NCBI GenBank assembly: GCA_904063045.1
Contig: CAJFCJ010000055.1
Location: 69,256 to 133,255, forward strand
DNA length: 64,000 bases
Reading direction: 5' to 3'
DNA from: Dimorphilus gyrociliatus
Lineage: Eukaryota > Animalia > Annelida
The notes beneath the pieces are model-generated. The model ran no database searches. It saw only the letters and a program-made list of their open reading frames with translations, and was not told where the DNA came from. The translations under genes and the position numbers were made by a program. This document shows positions 12,667 to 26,160 of this stretch, piece by piece (the stretch's first letter is position 1; each line of letters starts with the position of its first letter).

Positions 12667-15600
12667 TTACAAGAAACCTCTATTGAGTACTTTATCCTCA
12701 GCATTTAAAATCATTTTCATTCTATTCAAAAAGTATTCAATTACAATTAGAATTAAAAAAAAACAGGTTCAATATAACCTTTGAATGTGAAGTTTTTCAA
12801 TCCGCCTCCAAATTATTTGGCTAATATCGCTGTAAGAATGTAAAATGGGATTTGAAATAGAGCTGATTGGTAGACAAACGACAACAATCATTGAATAAAC
12901 TTCATTACTCAATTGAAAATTGATTGAAATTGATAAAATTCCTAAATTCAATTAGTCTTTTATTTTTTTGATTTAAAATAAAAATAAAGCAAAAACCTAG
13001 AACTGAAATCGGAAGCCAACAGAAAAAGTTTGTAAATATGACAAACGAAACAATTTTAAGTAGTTTTTTTGAAGTTTGACTGCCTTTTTGAAACTTTTTA
13101 TCAGATTTTCTTACATTTATTAGAATGTTGACGTAAAGGGAAACAATAGTGATGCTAATCAGGAGAAAATATACTCCGAAAATGATATAGGAATAGAGCC
13201 ATCCTTTTGCCATTTCACTTCTAATTTGAATATTAAAACATATTGGTGCGCTTGGTATATTATCCTAAATAAAAATTGATTAAAACCTATTAATTAATTT
13301 ATTAATGAACTCTTAATATTTCTAAAGATTACACTATAGATGAAAAGAGGTAAAATACTGGTTAATAAAGAGAATAGAACAACGGCCAATAAAAACAGGT
13401 GCCTGTGCAATAAAACAATAGATTTATGAAAAGGATATGCAATTGCCAAATTCCTTTCTATTGTCATTAGTAACAGGCTAGAACTTGAAAGCAGAAGGGA
13501 AAACATCATAAAATATCCACTAAATTGGCATAGCATACTGTTTCGCCATTTATAATCATATTCAATATAACCTTTTCCAAAGTATAAATCAACTGACACA
13601 ATGATCATGAGATAGAGGCAAGTGGAAAAATCACCAAAATTCAACATGAATCTATAACTAAATGATAAGCCATCACTAATCAAAAAGAGTATGAATGATA
13701 TAACATTTCCAACCATTCCTAGAATTCCAAGCAATAAGAATAAAGCTCTCATATAGTTTGTATTAAGCAGGTTTGTACAAGTGCTATAAAGACTAAATGA
13801 TGGTCTGCATACAACATGTTTATCAATATTTTTCCATACCAAACAACATAATTTATAAGAAATACTAAATATCTTTCTAATGTTTAGAAGAGATTTCGCA
13901 ATTAGGCCAATCTGATTAGAAGGAAATTCAGTTTTATTAAGATGGAGTTCTTTTAAATTATTCAAACTATTTAAAAATTTGAATTTAATGTCACTTAAAA
14001 GACAATTTGTTAATTTTAAAATTTCCAATTGAGCAAATGAAGACATGTTGACATTTAAAGTATTTATAGGATTTTTTGAAATATCTAAATATCTTAAATT
14101 TGGACATTCAAAGTGAAATATTCTTGAAATATTTTTAAGAAGATTACTTGACAAATGCAAATATTGAAGAATTTTGAATTTGACTGTAAACTTTCCATTA
14201 AAATCTAATTTATTATTATGAAGGTTTAAAGATATTAAATTTGGAAAATTTTTCAAAATTGATAATTTTAATGAATAATTTTCATTGATTAACAAAATTG
14301 TTGTTGTTTGTAGTGAATTTTCAACAATATCCAATAAAATATTCCCAAAAAGTGAAAGTTTTTTTATGGGTGAAAATGTAGTATTAATGTACATTTTTTC
14401 AGCAGAATTTCCATAGAATTTACAAAGATAGTTGTAAATTAAAATCTGTTGACAAAATTCATTGGAAAATGTTTGAATATTGCAAAACATTTCATCATTT
14501 CCGGCAAAACAATCGACAATTCCATCACAAACTTTGCTATGTTGAATATATGATTGTTCATTTCTACATCTAAAAAGTCCTTTTGGACGGAAATGATCTA
14601 TAATGAAAAAGTGTATGATATTAATAATTAGGCATCTAAAAAGTTAAATTGCTGTTGTAACCGCAATTCAATTCATCGTCATTGAATAGACAATGATTTA
14701 TTCCATCACAAACAAGTTCAATTGATATACAATATCCTGCCTCACTACATAAATATTCATTTTCTTGACAAACCGTTGTGTTATCACATTCTGAGAAATG
14801 ATCAAAGGGATGATATATTTTTTGTATAGGATCTCCCATAAAATTATAGGTAAGACGACATTGACGATCTCTGTCTATGCAGTATTCGTATTTTTCATCT
14901 TCTCCAGTCTGACAGTCAAATTTAAAATCACAAAGTTTAGTTTTGTCAATGCATTTATCTCGGCAGGTGAATTGGATACTTTGTCTACATTCTATAAGAT
15001 GAGAAAATGAACATTGACAAATGTCTGAAAAGGGTTGCATAATAGAATTTTAAACCTGTTTTAAATTTTTGGTCAATAGCCTTATCATGAAAACAATATT
15101 CATCTGTTGAATCAATGCAATTTCTTTCATTATTACAAATTTTTGATTGGTGAACACATTGTCCATTATTGCATTTTCTGAAATAAATATTGCATTGATG
15201 ACTAATTTAGTTTTGTTTTTTGTTGTATTTTGAAGACAACTCTCTACCTATCTTTACTATTGGAGCATTCCTTTATCTCTATTTAAGAAGATATGATATT
15301 AACAATTAAGCTTTAAACACCAATAAAATCTTACTGCAAAATAGTTCATCTGAACCATCTGTACAATCTTGGACAAAATCACAAATTAAACTATAACTAA
15401 CAATCTTATCAGATGATTGAAAATGGAAAAATTGATCCATTTGAAAATGGCAGTTGATTTCATCTTCGGAAAATGGACAATCCATTTTACCGTCGCAAAC
15501 AAATAAGACATTGATAAAAATTTTACTTTCAAAACATAGAAATGTGTTTAGAAGGAATGTAGAATTTAAATTGAAATTATCATTTCCCAGATCAGTTTTC

Positions 15601-18262
15601 TCCAAGGTATTATGCCTATTTTCTATAAAATACATTAAATTTCTAGTTAGTTGATTGGTTCATGGAATTTAAAAAATATAACTTGTATAAACCTTTTGAC
15701 AAACATAGTATTTATTGGAAATTTCATTGCAATCTTTTTTCACTACTCTCCAATCTGAAAAAGGAACATTATCTATTTTTTATGTTACCATGGTAATGGC
15801 CGAAGTTAGTTACTTATTGAATTTTCAAAAGTTTCATCTATAAAAACCTATTATTTAGAGAAAATGTTTGTTAAAGATTGTTCAAGTTTGTCTTTTTGGA
15901 AATTTTAGTATTGTAAAGAGTTTTTACAGAGGAAAATTCAAGACATTCTCCTTTAGAGACATAAGAATCTCTAATAAAGTTTTTTAGAGTAGAAAATAAG
16001 ATTGGAGAGTCGATGTTAAAAGATGTTACTGCCTGATTGAAATATTGACCCAGTTAATTTACAAAATGGAAGAGAAATAGAAAATTTAATGATAAAATGA
16101 TTTTCTTACCAGAAAAGCGAAAATCATTTTAGGATAGAATGAAAATGGAATATTTGAAAGAGTTACAAAAATTTTTTGTCCTTTAAATTCCTCTCTTTTT
16201 AAAACTGCTTTTAATGAATGAAATTTAGCTCATAAAACATTAGCAGATAGATTTACTATTATAGGCCTTAAGATGATATTCAGCTTCGTCAATTTGGCCA
16301 CATAAATACATAAACGCTTGTTGAAAATAATTTAATTCAAAATAGAGTTTTTTGCCTGGAAAATCTGCCAAAGTTGTATTGAATTTTTCACAATTTTTCT
16401 TCATATTAAACACTTGTAATGGTTTTTCTTCCTTAAAGATTGTGTAGCATATATTGTTCCTCAGATACGAAATCTGACCTTGACATTTAGAATCTAAATA
16501 CAAAAAGAGGAGATAAACCATCAAAAAATTGACTGTAATTACCATACTGACATTTATTATCATACTCTTCAGTATGGTTGTAGCATATAAGCTTGCTATG
16601 TGAAAAGGACATTGTACTGTCAAGGATAGGATCAGGATCAAGATTAAGGTTAAAGGTTAAGCTTATAACTAATTTGTTGAAACGTACTTTTCACTCTTTT
16701 CAAAAATATAACAATCATTTAAATTCAAAGCTTCCGGTTTGCAGTACAAATGATTAACTAAAATCTTTTGATGATCATCAAATGAATTAAACGCAGCGTA
16801 TTTAAAACCAAAAGTTTTACATATAATTTCGTGTTCAAAACGATAAATGAAACCAAATTTATTCATATTTCCATCAAACAAAAAATAGAGGTGACCTTCA
16901 ATTCGCCAAAAAGGTATATTTGCAGTAGGTTTTAGGAAAATATTTCGTTTGACATCATAAAATCGATAATCTTATTTTATAAAAAAAAGAGTAGATTAAT
17001 TAGTATTTAATCACTTAAAAAATTATATTTTTTTTTACCATAATCAGCCATTTTGTTCATAAAATTTGGCATGAAAATAAATATATCTTTCCTTTCTTTA
17101 TCGTAGTAAGGTAAATAATCGCAGTTCAAAAACCAATTGGATTTATAAGAACAAACTATCATTTTCTTAAGATTTTTGTGTCTTGAACTAGTGAGAGTAC
17201 TTTTCTGGCAGTGTTTAGGATTTGGAATGGAATTTAAATGTTCACAAAGTGAATTGCACAACGGATGTATGTATTTAATGTGGTCAATTTTAAAAATTGG
17301 TGGACTAACTCCAAAGGTTTTTGAAAGGAGAAAGATTTTCATGTATTCAATTCTTTGAAACAACCGCAAAAAGTACAAACTATTCTTGTCCATCAAACTA
17401 AAATATTGTTTAGTAATTTTATAGAGATAAGATAAGATGATTAATGCCCTCTGGTGGTGGTTTTTTATATCATAGTGTTACCTTTTACTTCCGAATAGTT
17501 GCATTTCAAGATTGATCGTTTGCTATATTGCTTACCTATTTTATTGAAATTGATACGGCTATTTTTGTCCAGATAGATATTATATGTAGATGAATCATTG
17601 AAAGTTTTAAATTTGTTTTTGAAAAGAAAGAATTTCGATTCTTTGCACAGACTCTCCCTATTTTTGGATTGTTTATTTATAGGAAGATAATCTTGTCCTT
17701 TTTTCAAGTATAAATCATAAACATTCCATTCAATTCGAACTGCAAAAATAACTGAAAAAAAATTCATAATTTAAAATATCAGTCTAGTAAACTAATTAAT
17801 TAATATTCAATGTACAAATGGCGTTTCTCTTGTAGCATCTTAAGCACAATGGGTAGTCGCGAATTGTTCCATGTTCATATCTTTGTTAACAAAACTAGAA
17901 TATTAATAAAAATACACCAAAAAAAAAATACCAAGTTTAATTTACATTTGACAGCATTTTTTATTTTTAAATATAATTATTTTTTTCATGGGAAATCGTT
18001 CTTTCTCACAAAATAATGTGTTTGAGTGAATGGAATCAAATCCAAAATATTTGCATATTTGATTAGTTTGACTAATGCTAAATTTTTCTGGTAATATTAA
18101 ATTTTCATCTTTATCCTTAAAAGTAGAAATTAAATATCCTTCAACACTGATTTGCGTTTCATTTTTTATTTTTAGACTTAAAGTATGATTGCTGTAGAAA
18201 TATCCATCTATTTGTTTTGTTGATATTTCAAGAAAAATCAACAAACTGTATAAAGTCTGCAT
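12667..18262 (-). CDS. Multi-exon GRL101/RXFP-type LGR GPCR: signal peptide, SRCR-like and CLECT-like modules, multiple LDLa repeats, LRRs and 7TM
   Basis: ATG at 18262 with a hydrophobic leader. LDLa motifs (VCDGKMDCPFSEDE, LCDFKFDCQTGEDE, VCDGINHCLFNDDE, VCDGIVDCFAGNDE). LRRs followed by hinge CRPSFSLYSTCTNLL. TM3 MTIER, TM6 FTNFFCWLPI, TM7 LPISSISNPILH. Several GT-AG introns of about 55-60 bp keep frame. The N-terminal module calls are tentative. Confidence 0.85.
17444..17457 (-). promoter_or_regulatory. CTCF-like motif CCACCAGAGGGCAT (intronic)
   Basis: Strong match to the CTCF core in a non-coding gap of the LGR gene. Confidence 0.5.
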
Positions 18263-18353
18263 ACTTCTGATAGGGAGACTGAGAGTATATAAGAGTATTG
18301 TAATAAAATCTAAGCTGACAAACTGAAAATGATATCTTTCCCTTCAATATCTA

Positions 18354-18642
18354 CAGTCGCGATATTAAGTAATTATAAGAAGAGTAAAAATGTCTAAAAA
18401 TCGAAATATTTTGATTTAGGAATAAAGTGTATGATTGTCAATATTTTTTTGTATAGGATAGATGACTTGTGAAACATGATGGAAAATTTCAGATAAATAT
18501 CTATATTTTAAGAATCAATTTATCTTTCTTTTTTACCATACTATGAATTTAGACAGCTATTAAGTAATTATAACATCATCATTATGATATTTGGAATTTT
18601 AGATATTTTTACTCTTCTTATAATTACTTAATATCGCGACTG
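18354..18642. mobile_element. Tc1/mariner-type MITE, 289 bp, about 55-bp TIRs, TA TSD
   Basis: TA|CAGTCGCGATATTAAGTAATTATAAGAAGAGTAAAAAT at the left end and its reverse complement ...ACTG|TA at the right end. Confidence 0.88.
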
Positions 18643-20042
18643 TATAATTCGATTATTTTTCTTTTTTTATTTCAAAACATAAACCAGCAACTTTTCTTCA
18701 TTTTTAATAAATAGTCATTAATTTTCTTCACATGTTCAATTGATTTTCGTGACGTAATTAATCTAAGTAATGTCTGTTTATAGATTTACACATGATTGTT
18801 TGATATGAAATTAGTTATCTTGAAATTGTTAATGGCAATACACTATGTAATTTATACCATTATAGGCGTTTTTTGTAATTTTTTAGAGTAGACGAATGAG
18901 CAATTATAACTATCTGACAAAACTGTTTGGATTTATATCAATATTTATGAATTTTTCATTTGAATATCTACATGTTTCTCGGCCTAAAAATCTTATGCAA
19001 AAAGAGTAGAGTAGGCCTATAAGCAATGACAACAAAAGCAGAGTAAAGCTTTAATGATTTAAACTAAAATTATACTATTTAAGAAATTTTCAGTATTGTC
19101 AAATGTTTAAAATCCTCATCTCTTTCTTTATTCCTGAATATAATTCATTTCCTTCTTTTTGATTGGTTGAGGAAAGAATTGAAAAAGAGAATATTTTAGG
19201 TGATTCTTTATATTCATGAAAATAAAATCCTCTTTCTATATTTTGTCTTTTTTGTTAACACTAATGTACTGCCCTTGTTTGGCCAATTTATGTATTTGCA
19301 ATTTGCAACAGTACTCACAGGTTGTAGGACCAATTAGAAAAAAATTATTCAGTTCCAGATAGATAGGGTACAATGCCTTTTTTCTCTGTAGCAGTTACCA
19401 TGTTATCATAGCTGTGGCTTGGTCCTGTTCTAGTGAACACCAGCAACTTTCTCTTCATTTTTCAAAAATATTCATCAATTTTCGTATCCTTAACTTACTT
19501 TCGTGATCTGATTAATCCGATAGATCTCTTTGACATTAATGTTTGATGTACATTTAGTAACTTTGAAAAGGTGAAGGTCAGAAATATACTGTTTATCATT
19601 AATCTTATTGAGTTGTAGTTTTCATTTCTATATGGTACTGATTTGTCCATTGAAATATCATTGCAATAATAATCTCTCATTTTTACTTATGATGGTAAAT
19701 AATATTAAAAGGTTGAGTATATAAAGAGATGAGGAATTGTAAACATTTGATAACACTGACAATTTCTTAAATAGCACAAGTTTGGATTAAATCTTTAAAA
19801 GTTTACTCTGCTTTTCTTATCATTATTTATACACATACTCTATTCTTTGTATAGGATTTGTACATAACAAAAGATCTTTATAGGCTTAGTTGATCAAAGT
19901 AAAACATATGACGATATTCTCTCTCTCTCTATTTCTCTCACAAAGCAAGGGTTTTTATATAAAGGATTGCAAAATATACTTTTCAGCTCTCATTCTCAGA
20001 AAATTTTCTCAAAGTGAAGATTAATCCTGATTTGTTTCAATT

Positions 20043-20565
20043 ATGGAAGAATCTAAACAAACTTGTGAACGATCTGATGTTATTGTTCAAAATTATGACG
20101 TACCGCGAGAAAATCTATCCTTCAACCAATCACAAAGTGTAAATATATATTGTACTGCTTAATTTGAAATAGATGATGTTTATAGTTTTTGTTTCTTTTG
20201 ACGCTGTTTAGACACATGGAAACGCTTACCCTCAACCTGTTTTAGCTCAACCTGTATCTTCTACTGTTAATAATCAAGTATATGTTCAACAACCAAATCA
20301 TTTGGTGGTTCATAAATCTCCTGTACCTGATACATTGATTCTTAGCATTATTTCAATGGTATTCTGCATCATTCTTGGATTGGTGGCATTAATTCTAAGC
20401 TTGCAGAGTAGAAAATCAAGAGATATTGGTCAAGTTGAAGAAGCAAGGAAGAAAGCGAGATATGCTAAATGTTTTGCTTTTGCAGCTATAATTGTATCTG
20501 TAATTCTCATTGTTATTGCAGTTATAACAAGAGCAATTGTAACTGTTTTAACAAGTGTGAATTAA
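20043..20565 (+). CDS. CD225/dispanin (IFITM/PRRT-like) membrane protein; exons 20043-20138 and 20212-20565
   Basis: Phase-0 GT-AG intron; Pro/Gln-rich N-terminus; PDTLILSIISMVFCIILGLVALILSLQSRKSRDIGQVEEARKKARYAK matches the CD225 pattern. Confidence 0.85.
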
Positions 20566-20592
20566 TGTAAAATACATTATTTTGAACTTTAA

Positions 20593-20606
20593 GCTCTAGA
20601 TGGCGC
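20593..20606 (+). promoter_or_regulatory. CTCF-like motif GCTCTAGATGGCGC
   Basis: Matches the CTCF core just 3' of the CD225 gene. Confidence 0.5.
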
Positions 20607-20617
20607 CATTATATTAA

Positions 20618-21780
20618 TAAAGTCATGGTCATAAAAATCTGGACACTGTGAATTTTTGATAGACCAAACCTGTACAATCTTTTTCATAGTCAAAAAAGAT
20701 TTTCTTTTTATTTTTTGTCCGTTAAATTTTAGATAAAACTTGGATCTACATATAAATTTCTATCAAATAGTACTAAGATAAGTCTTTACATAATTTCTTT
20801 TGATTTTACATTGTTTATGTTTTGATGAGTTTTCTTCTTATTTGGCATCAAGACATATTATTCCGGACAATATTTTTATTATTTTTGAATTTGACGACCA
20901 TGTTTTTCTTTGCACTTACCAAATCCCCTCCCAGTGTACAAAGCAGTACAGTCAGAATTTTTATTGACAATTTGGTAGGAACATTTTTTAATTTTCTCCT
21001 AAAATTCATCTTCAGACTTGAATTATGCCTCATCAACAACTAAATTTTTAGTCAGGTGCCACATATTTTCTATTGGGTTAAGGTCAGGGCTCTTTGCTGG
21101 CCAATCAATTGGATATATTCCATTCGTTGGCCCTTGTTGAGTGGCAACCTGCATTATCCTGTTAGAAGTTGTGATTCCTACCTATTTTATCTGAGATTTC
21201 TTCAATAACAAACAGGAAGCACATCTTCAACAATAAAACAACAGTAATTTTGCAGATTTAATTTTTTGCTTATCCTCCAAACTTCAAACGCCTCATCTGA
21301 TGTTATTAGTCCCCAAACCATTACTTCATCCCTGTCCATGTTTTTCATCAATCCAAATTAATTTTCACTGTCATTTTTCCAGGTCCTAAGGTTATCAGTG
21401 CCACTCAGTGAGAATCTAGCCTCATCTGTAAAAAAATTTAGACCAGTCTAGATTATTGCTGAAAGTATTTAAGTGTGATTGTTTTCTTCTCTTACAGTCC
21501 TTGGGTATGAGATCAACTCTTTGTCATATACTTATAAATTTGAAATTTTGTCTTTTCAACTCGCTCTGAATTGTTTTAAGGCCTTCCTCCAATTCCTTGT
21601 TTCTTTAAGCCTCTTCTACTTTATATGTCAGTGATAAGTTTGATATATTTTGTAAATAAACAATATCTTAGCAAATGTTCACTCAAAAAATCTTTTTAAT
21701 AAAACTAATCCTATATAAAACACCAATTGAAAAAAGTATGTTAAAAATTTCTCAAGCCAATTTATCCAGGCTCAGCAGTA
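20618..21780 (-). mobile_element. Degraded Tc1 transposon copy
   Basis: Minus-strand remnants FFTDEARFS, MVWGLI, QDNAGCHST and PIDWPAKSPDLNPIENMWH with stops and frameshifts. The left end resembles the TIR of the 33.7-kb copy. The right boundary is approximate. Confidence 0.8.
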
Positions 21781-22055
21781 CTATCCATTGAAATATTATA
21801 GGCCTAGATATGTATTTTGTCAGCTCCCTAAGTCTACTTTTCTTTTGTTTAAGCAGGTAACTATTGTAGCGGATATGTTGGATATTTAAATTTATTGAAT
21901 AAGAGAAAAAGATTGTTGAGAACGATTAAAAGAAACTGTAACAATAGAATCTTTTCCTCTTTTAGCCTATTTAAAATAATTAAAAAATCCTATTTTTCGT
22001 TTCAGTATTGCACACCAGAATTTGTTTTTACTTGTTGGCTTGCTGAAGATAAAGA

Positions 22056-25000
22056 ATGATTCAATTTCTTGAATTCGTTATTTTCATTTTAAATGTTCAA
22101 TTCATTCAATCAATAGAAATTACGTCAACATCCAATTATATTCATCTTATACTCGACAACGATTTCTACACAATAATGGAATAGTAAAAGTAAAATCTTT
22201 AAAGATTAACGCGGGAGCAGAATTGGCTTTTTCTCACGAATCCAGTAGGATAATTGTGAATGGAGGTAAAGTGGAGCTACTTGGAAGACATGATAAAAAA
22301 ATCCGCTTGAACCGACAAAGAAATTTCAGTGTTGAATATATTCAAACTTCAAGTTAGCTGGATGATTTCTACGGTAAAAATAATTCTTCGCAGCATTTTG
22401 TGAAATATAACTGACTTTTCTTTCCAATTTCTTTCAAGATAATCTTCTTCTTCCTATGTATAAAAACCCTGAAACTCAAATTTTTGAACCAGTTTATTAT
22501 AATTCGTGGTCTAGTTACACTCGACTTGCAAAGGTTATTTTTCTCTTTTCCTTTTCAATAAAAAAGTATTATCTTTGCAGTTGACCTGCAACCATTTTGG
22601 GTTATATAGAAATACGTCTACGAGTTAGCTATTAATTTATTTCATAGAGAGAATTAACAGTTTAGTTGTTCAAAACACAGATAATAAGCAGAATGGACTA
22701 ATCATTCAATCAACTGGAAAAGAGGATAACGAAATTTTAAGTAGTAATGGTGGCCTAACAACATTGGATATTTGCGAAATGACTTGTTTCGATTGTTCTC
22801 ATCTCGCATTTCCTTTAATCTTAACAGGAAGTCAAAGTTATACGACAAAGAAGATCTTTAAGGCGAAAGAAGGAGAAGTACTAGAGATCATTCTAATCGA
22901 CTTAATTGACGCCAACATTCAGTTAAAAGAAGAAATACAAGAAGATTTTGTTTATCTCCTACAATATAATAGATTTTCTGTTAAGATAAAGAAATTTATC
23001 TCTTCAAATCAACATATCGAACTAGAAACTTATGAAAATGCTAAATTCTATTTGAATTCTATAGAATCTGTTAAAAAAAGAATCTTCTACCAGTTTCCTT
23101 TTTTTCAATTATTTCGCCTTTTTTCAGAAAAATCTCCCAGGTTACATTCATTCGATTCCGGTTCATTTTCCAGCATTATTAAAGGTTGAGAATTCCGTTG
23201 TAGAACACCATTTGAATGGTGTGGGAATAGTAGGGTGGAAAATTGTTAAATCTTTTATAGACAATAATCAATTTTGTAATCCTCAACTACCGTTTGAACT
23301 GGATCTGCAACCATTTCTAGACAGCTATCATTCTGCTCCAATTGTACAGTGTTCAAATAATTATTGTGGCACAGAGGATGTTTTAACAAGAGTCATTTCA
23401 GAATTGCAGGTGCTCAATAACAGACTCGTCAACCTCTTACCTTTCTACTCTTATTCAAATATGACGGGTCTCGTTTCAGACAAAATTTACTTATCACCTA
23501 AAACTTCAATTCTAGCTGGCGATGTTTTTGGTAACATTACCATAAAATCAGGTCACTATCTATTAAAGTCTCCCATCAGAGTGTTGCAAGGTTCAACACT
23601 GACAATTGAGCAGGATGTTACAATTGATTGTTGACCATTCTTTGGTATTGAAGTCTATGGTAAATTGGATATTATGGGTACCGAAACGAATAGGGTAACA
23701 TTCCGTTCTGTTGAATATTTAAGAAATTCACCTATGTTCATAACGGAAGAGAATATCAAATATAAGTGCATGGAGAGGATATTGATGCTTTCATTTCGTA
23801 TTGTTTCGCATTGGGATTAGGAAGATATTTCAGCTACAATTTGATTTCTTATAGAGATGGAGTTAGATTCACATGCAATTCCAGTTCGTATTTTGAATTC
23901 TGTCATATGGAGTTTGTTCGTTGTCGAGCAAATGTTCAATTATTTTGTAGATCAGTCTCCTGAAGGGGAATAAGCTACCACGCAAATTCATTACAGGGTA
24001 AAATACAAGGTTCGTCTATTTATGGTGCAGGCTATTTAAATTACAGCTTGTGATTAGCAATTTCGAATTGCTAAGGAACAATCTAACAGATGTTAGACTG
24101 GAGACGGACAGCCTCTATAGCATCCGGATTGGAAACATCTACCACAATGAATGTTCAATATTTGACAAGTTAGTAATAAACTCGCCCAATTCGAAAAATC
24201 ACATTTCCATCAATCATAGAGGATGTTTAGAGATTAGAGATTCTTATTTTGACCATAGCTACATTAAACTGGTGACCTATAAATTTACATATTATCCTGA
24301 TATGTTTAGAAGGGATATCACAAAGATAACAAATTGTCATACTCCACATATTTTCATTCCAAAACGCCAAAAAATTCTTCTTCATGTAAAGGCATTTTGT
24401 TCAATTGAGTTTGAAACTGAGAAAAATATGACCTTGACACTTCTATTATATCCTCTACATGATAATGATGGTGGAGTGTATAAACCTTGGTCCATTGAAG
24501 ATTTCATGGCGTAAACCTTCCTACTATTTTATAGTTGAGAGTAGGCCTATTGAAGAAGGTAAGTTTTAAATAAGCCAAAGGTGACAACTAATATAAAGCA
24601 TAAATTTCTGTTTTATTTAATCTAGTAAACAGAAATAGGCCTACAGAGGCTATAGGATTCCAATTGAAAAATTCAAGAATAAAAAATTTTGAACAATTCG
24701 CATTAGTTGTTCAACCAAAACTCGATCTAGCTACGAATGTTTATATAAAAAATTGCAGTTTTTTCGGTAAGGAAACTGCAATAGAAAACTCAGTGTCTTC
24801 ATTGCAGAGTTTATGAATTGAAAATTCATATTTTAATGGAATGGAAATGGCAATTAAAATCAATTTAGATTATTTTAAACAGTTTAGTTATAAAGTTATC
24901 AACAATAGATTTATTAATACTAGACCATTATATTTAAATTACAACACTAACACCAATCAACCACAAGATATTGACAACTTTTCAATTGATTTTCGAGATA

Positions 25001-26049
25001 ATTTCATCTCGGTAATTCAATTCAAAAATGGAGGAATTATTTCTGACAATTTCCCTTTTAATATTCCATTCAACAAAAGACAAATCTAATAGAGTGTGTT
25101 CGTTAGAAAAACTCACAAATATGGAAAAAGATCAATGCATCTTTGACATTGTTATCACTGATGATGAAAGTCTAGGAAAACAGGTAGCTTTGCAGAGCAT
25201 TCTCTGCCCTGATATGTCCTCAAATAGGGGAAATTGTATCAATGGGACTTGTATTTGCATTAGCGGATGGTCCGGAATCAGTTGCGATTATGGAAAATGT
25301 GAAAAATGCATAAATGGAGATTGTAGCGGAGGATTTTGTAAATGCAATCCAGGATTTATAGGCCCAATATGCAATGAAATTACTACCTGCAAAGGAAATT
25401 GTTCAAACAATGGAAAATGCATAAACACTGTCGTCTGCCAATGTAATGATGGATGGACCATATCAAATTTCTCAGAAGAGGCTCAATGCCAGTTTATGTC
25501 ATTTCATTTAGCACGCAATTGAAAGATTTTCAAGTGAAGGGAATTGAAAATCAAAAGAATTTTTCAAAAGCAACTGCAAATTCTTTGCCATTTACTACTT
25601 GGACAACTGTTACTGCGAGAGGAGAAAGTAGTGAAACCAAAGTATCTACTGATTTTACAACTCTTCAAACAACCATTACAGAAAAAGAAGGACCAGGAGG
25701 AGACATTAGTGGAACCCAAGTATCTACTGATTCTACAACTGTTCAAGCTACCATTACTGAGAAAGAAGGAGGAAGAGAAAGTAGTGAAACCAAAATGTCA
25801 TTTGCTTATACAACTGTTCAAGCTACTACTGACAAAGAAGAAAGGCAAAGCAGTGACACAAAATTATCAAAGACTGATAAAACCATTGAAATCACTTCGT
25901 TTCAAACAACTGTTAAGGATGATAATGAAGATAACAGGGGATCGGGGACAGCTCTTGAGTGGTATCATATTGCGATTTTGGTTGTTAGAAGTTCTGTACC
26001 CATTTTTGGAGTAGTTTTTTTGATATTTGCGATAAAAAGATTGTGCTAA
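22056..26049 (+). pseudogene. Disabled type I membrane protein gene: signal peptide, parallel beta-helix/SRCR-like (bark beetle-like) region, EGF repeats, Thr-rich repeats, TM
   Basis: Leader MIQFLEFVIFILNVQFIQS; LKSPIRVLQGSTLTIEQDVTIDC*PFFGIEVYGKLDIMGT with an in-frame TGA at 23632; EGF repeats at about 25200-25480; TM WYHIAILV..VVFLIFAIKR. Multiple stops and frameshifts. Confidence 0.65.
25617..25870 (+). repeat. Degenerate coding tandem repeat (about 70-78 bp unit, 3-4 copies; mucin-like)
   Basis: Recurring GAAAGTAGTGAAACCAAA..TACAACTGTTCAAGCTAC..GAAAAAGAAGGA units encoding ESSETKVSTDxTTxQxTITEKEG. Confidence 0.8.
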
Positions 26050-26146
26050 TTTCAACTCAATAAGATTGAATTTTTATGTCTTCTATTAAAAAAGTTGAAT
26101 TTTCATTGAGAACAGTCTTCTATCAACTATTTAGTTGAAACATCAA

Positions 26147-26160
26147 ACGCCACCTATCGG
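26147..26160 (-). promoter_or_regulatory. CTCF-like motif CCGATAGGTGGCGT
   Basis: CTCF core variant in the spacer before the second GPCR. Confidence 0.45.

Noticed and set aside
19250-19680. Possible small gene or CLECT relic on the minus strand
   Set aside because: Only a faint GNCY-like motif among many stops; not supportable.
25544-26014. 156-aa Lys/Leu-rich ORF
   Set aside because: Alternative frame of the mucin-like tandem repeat.
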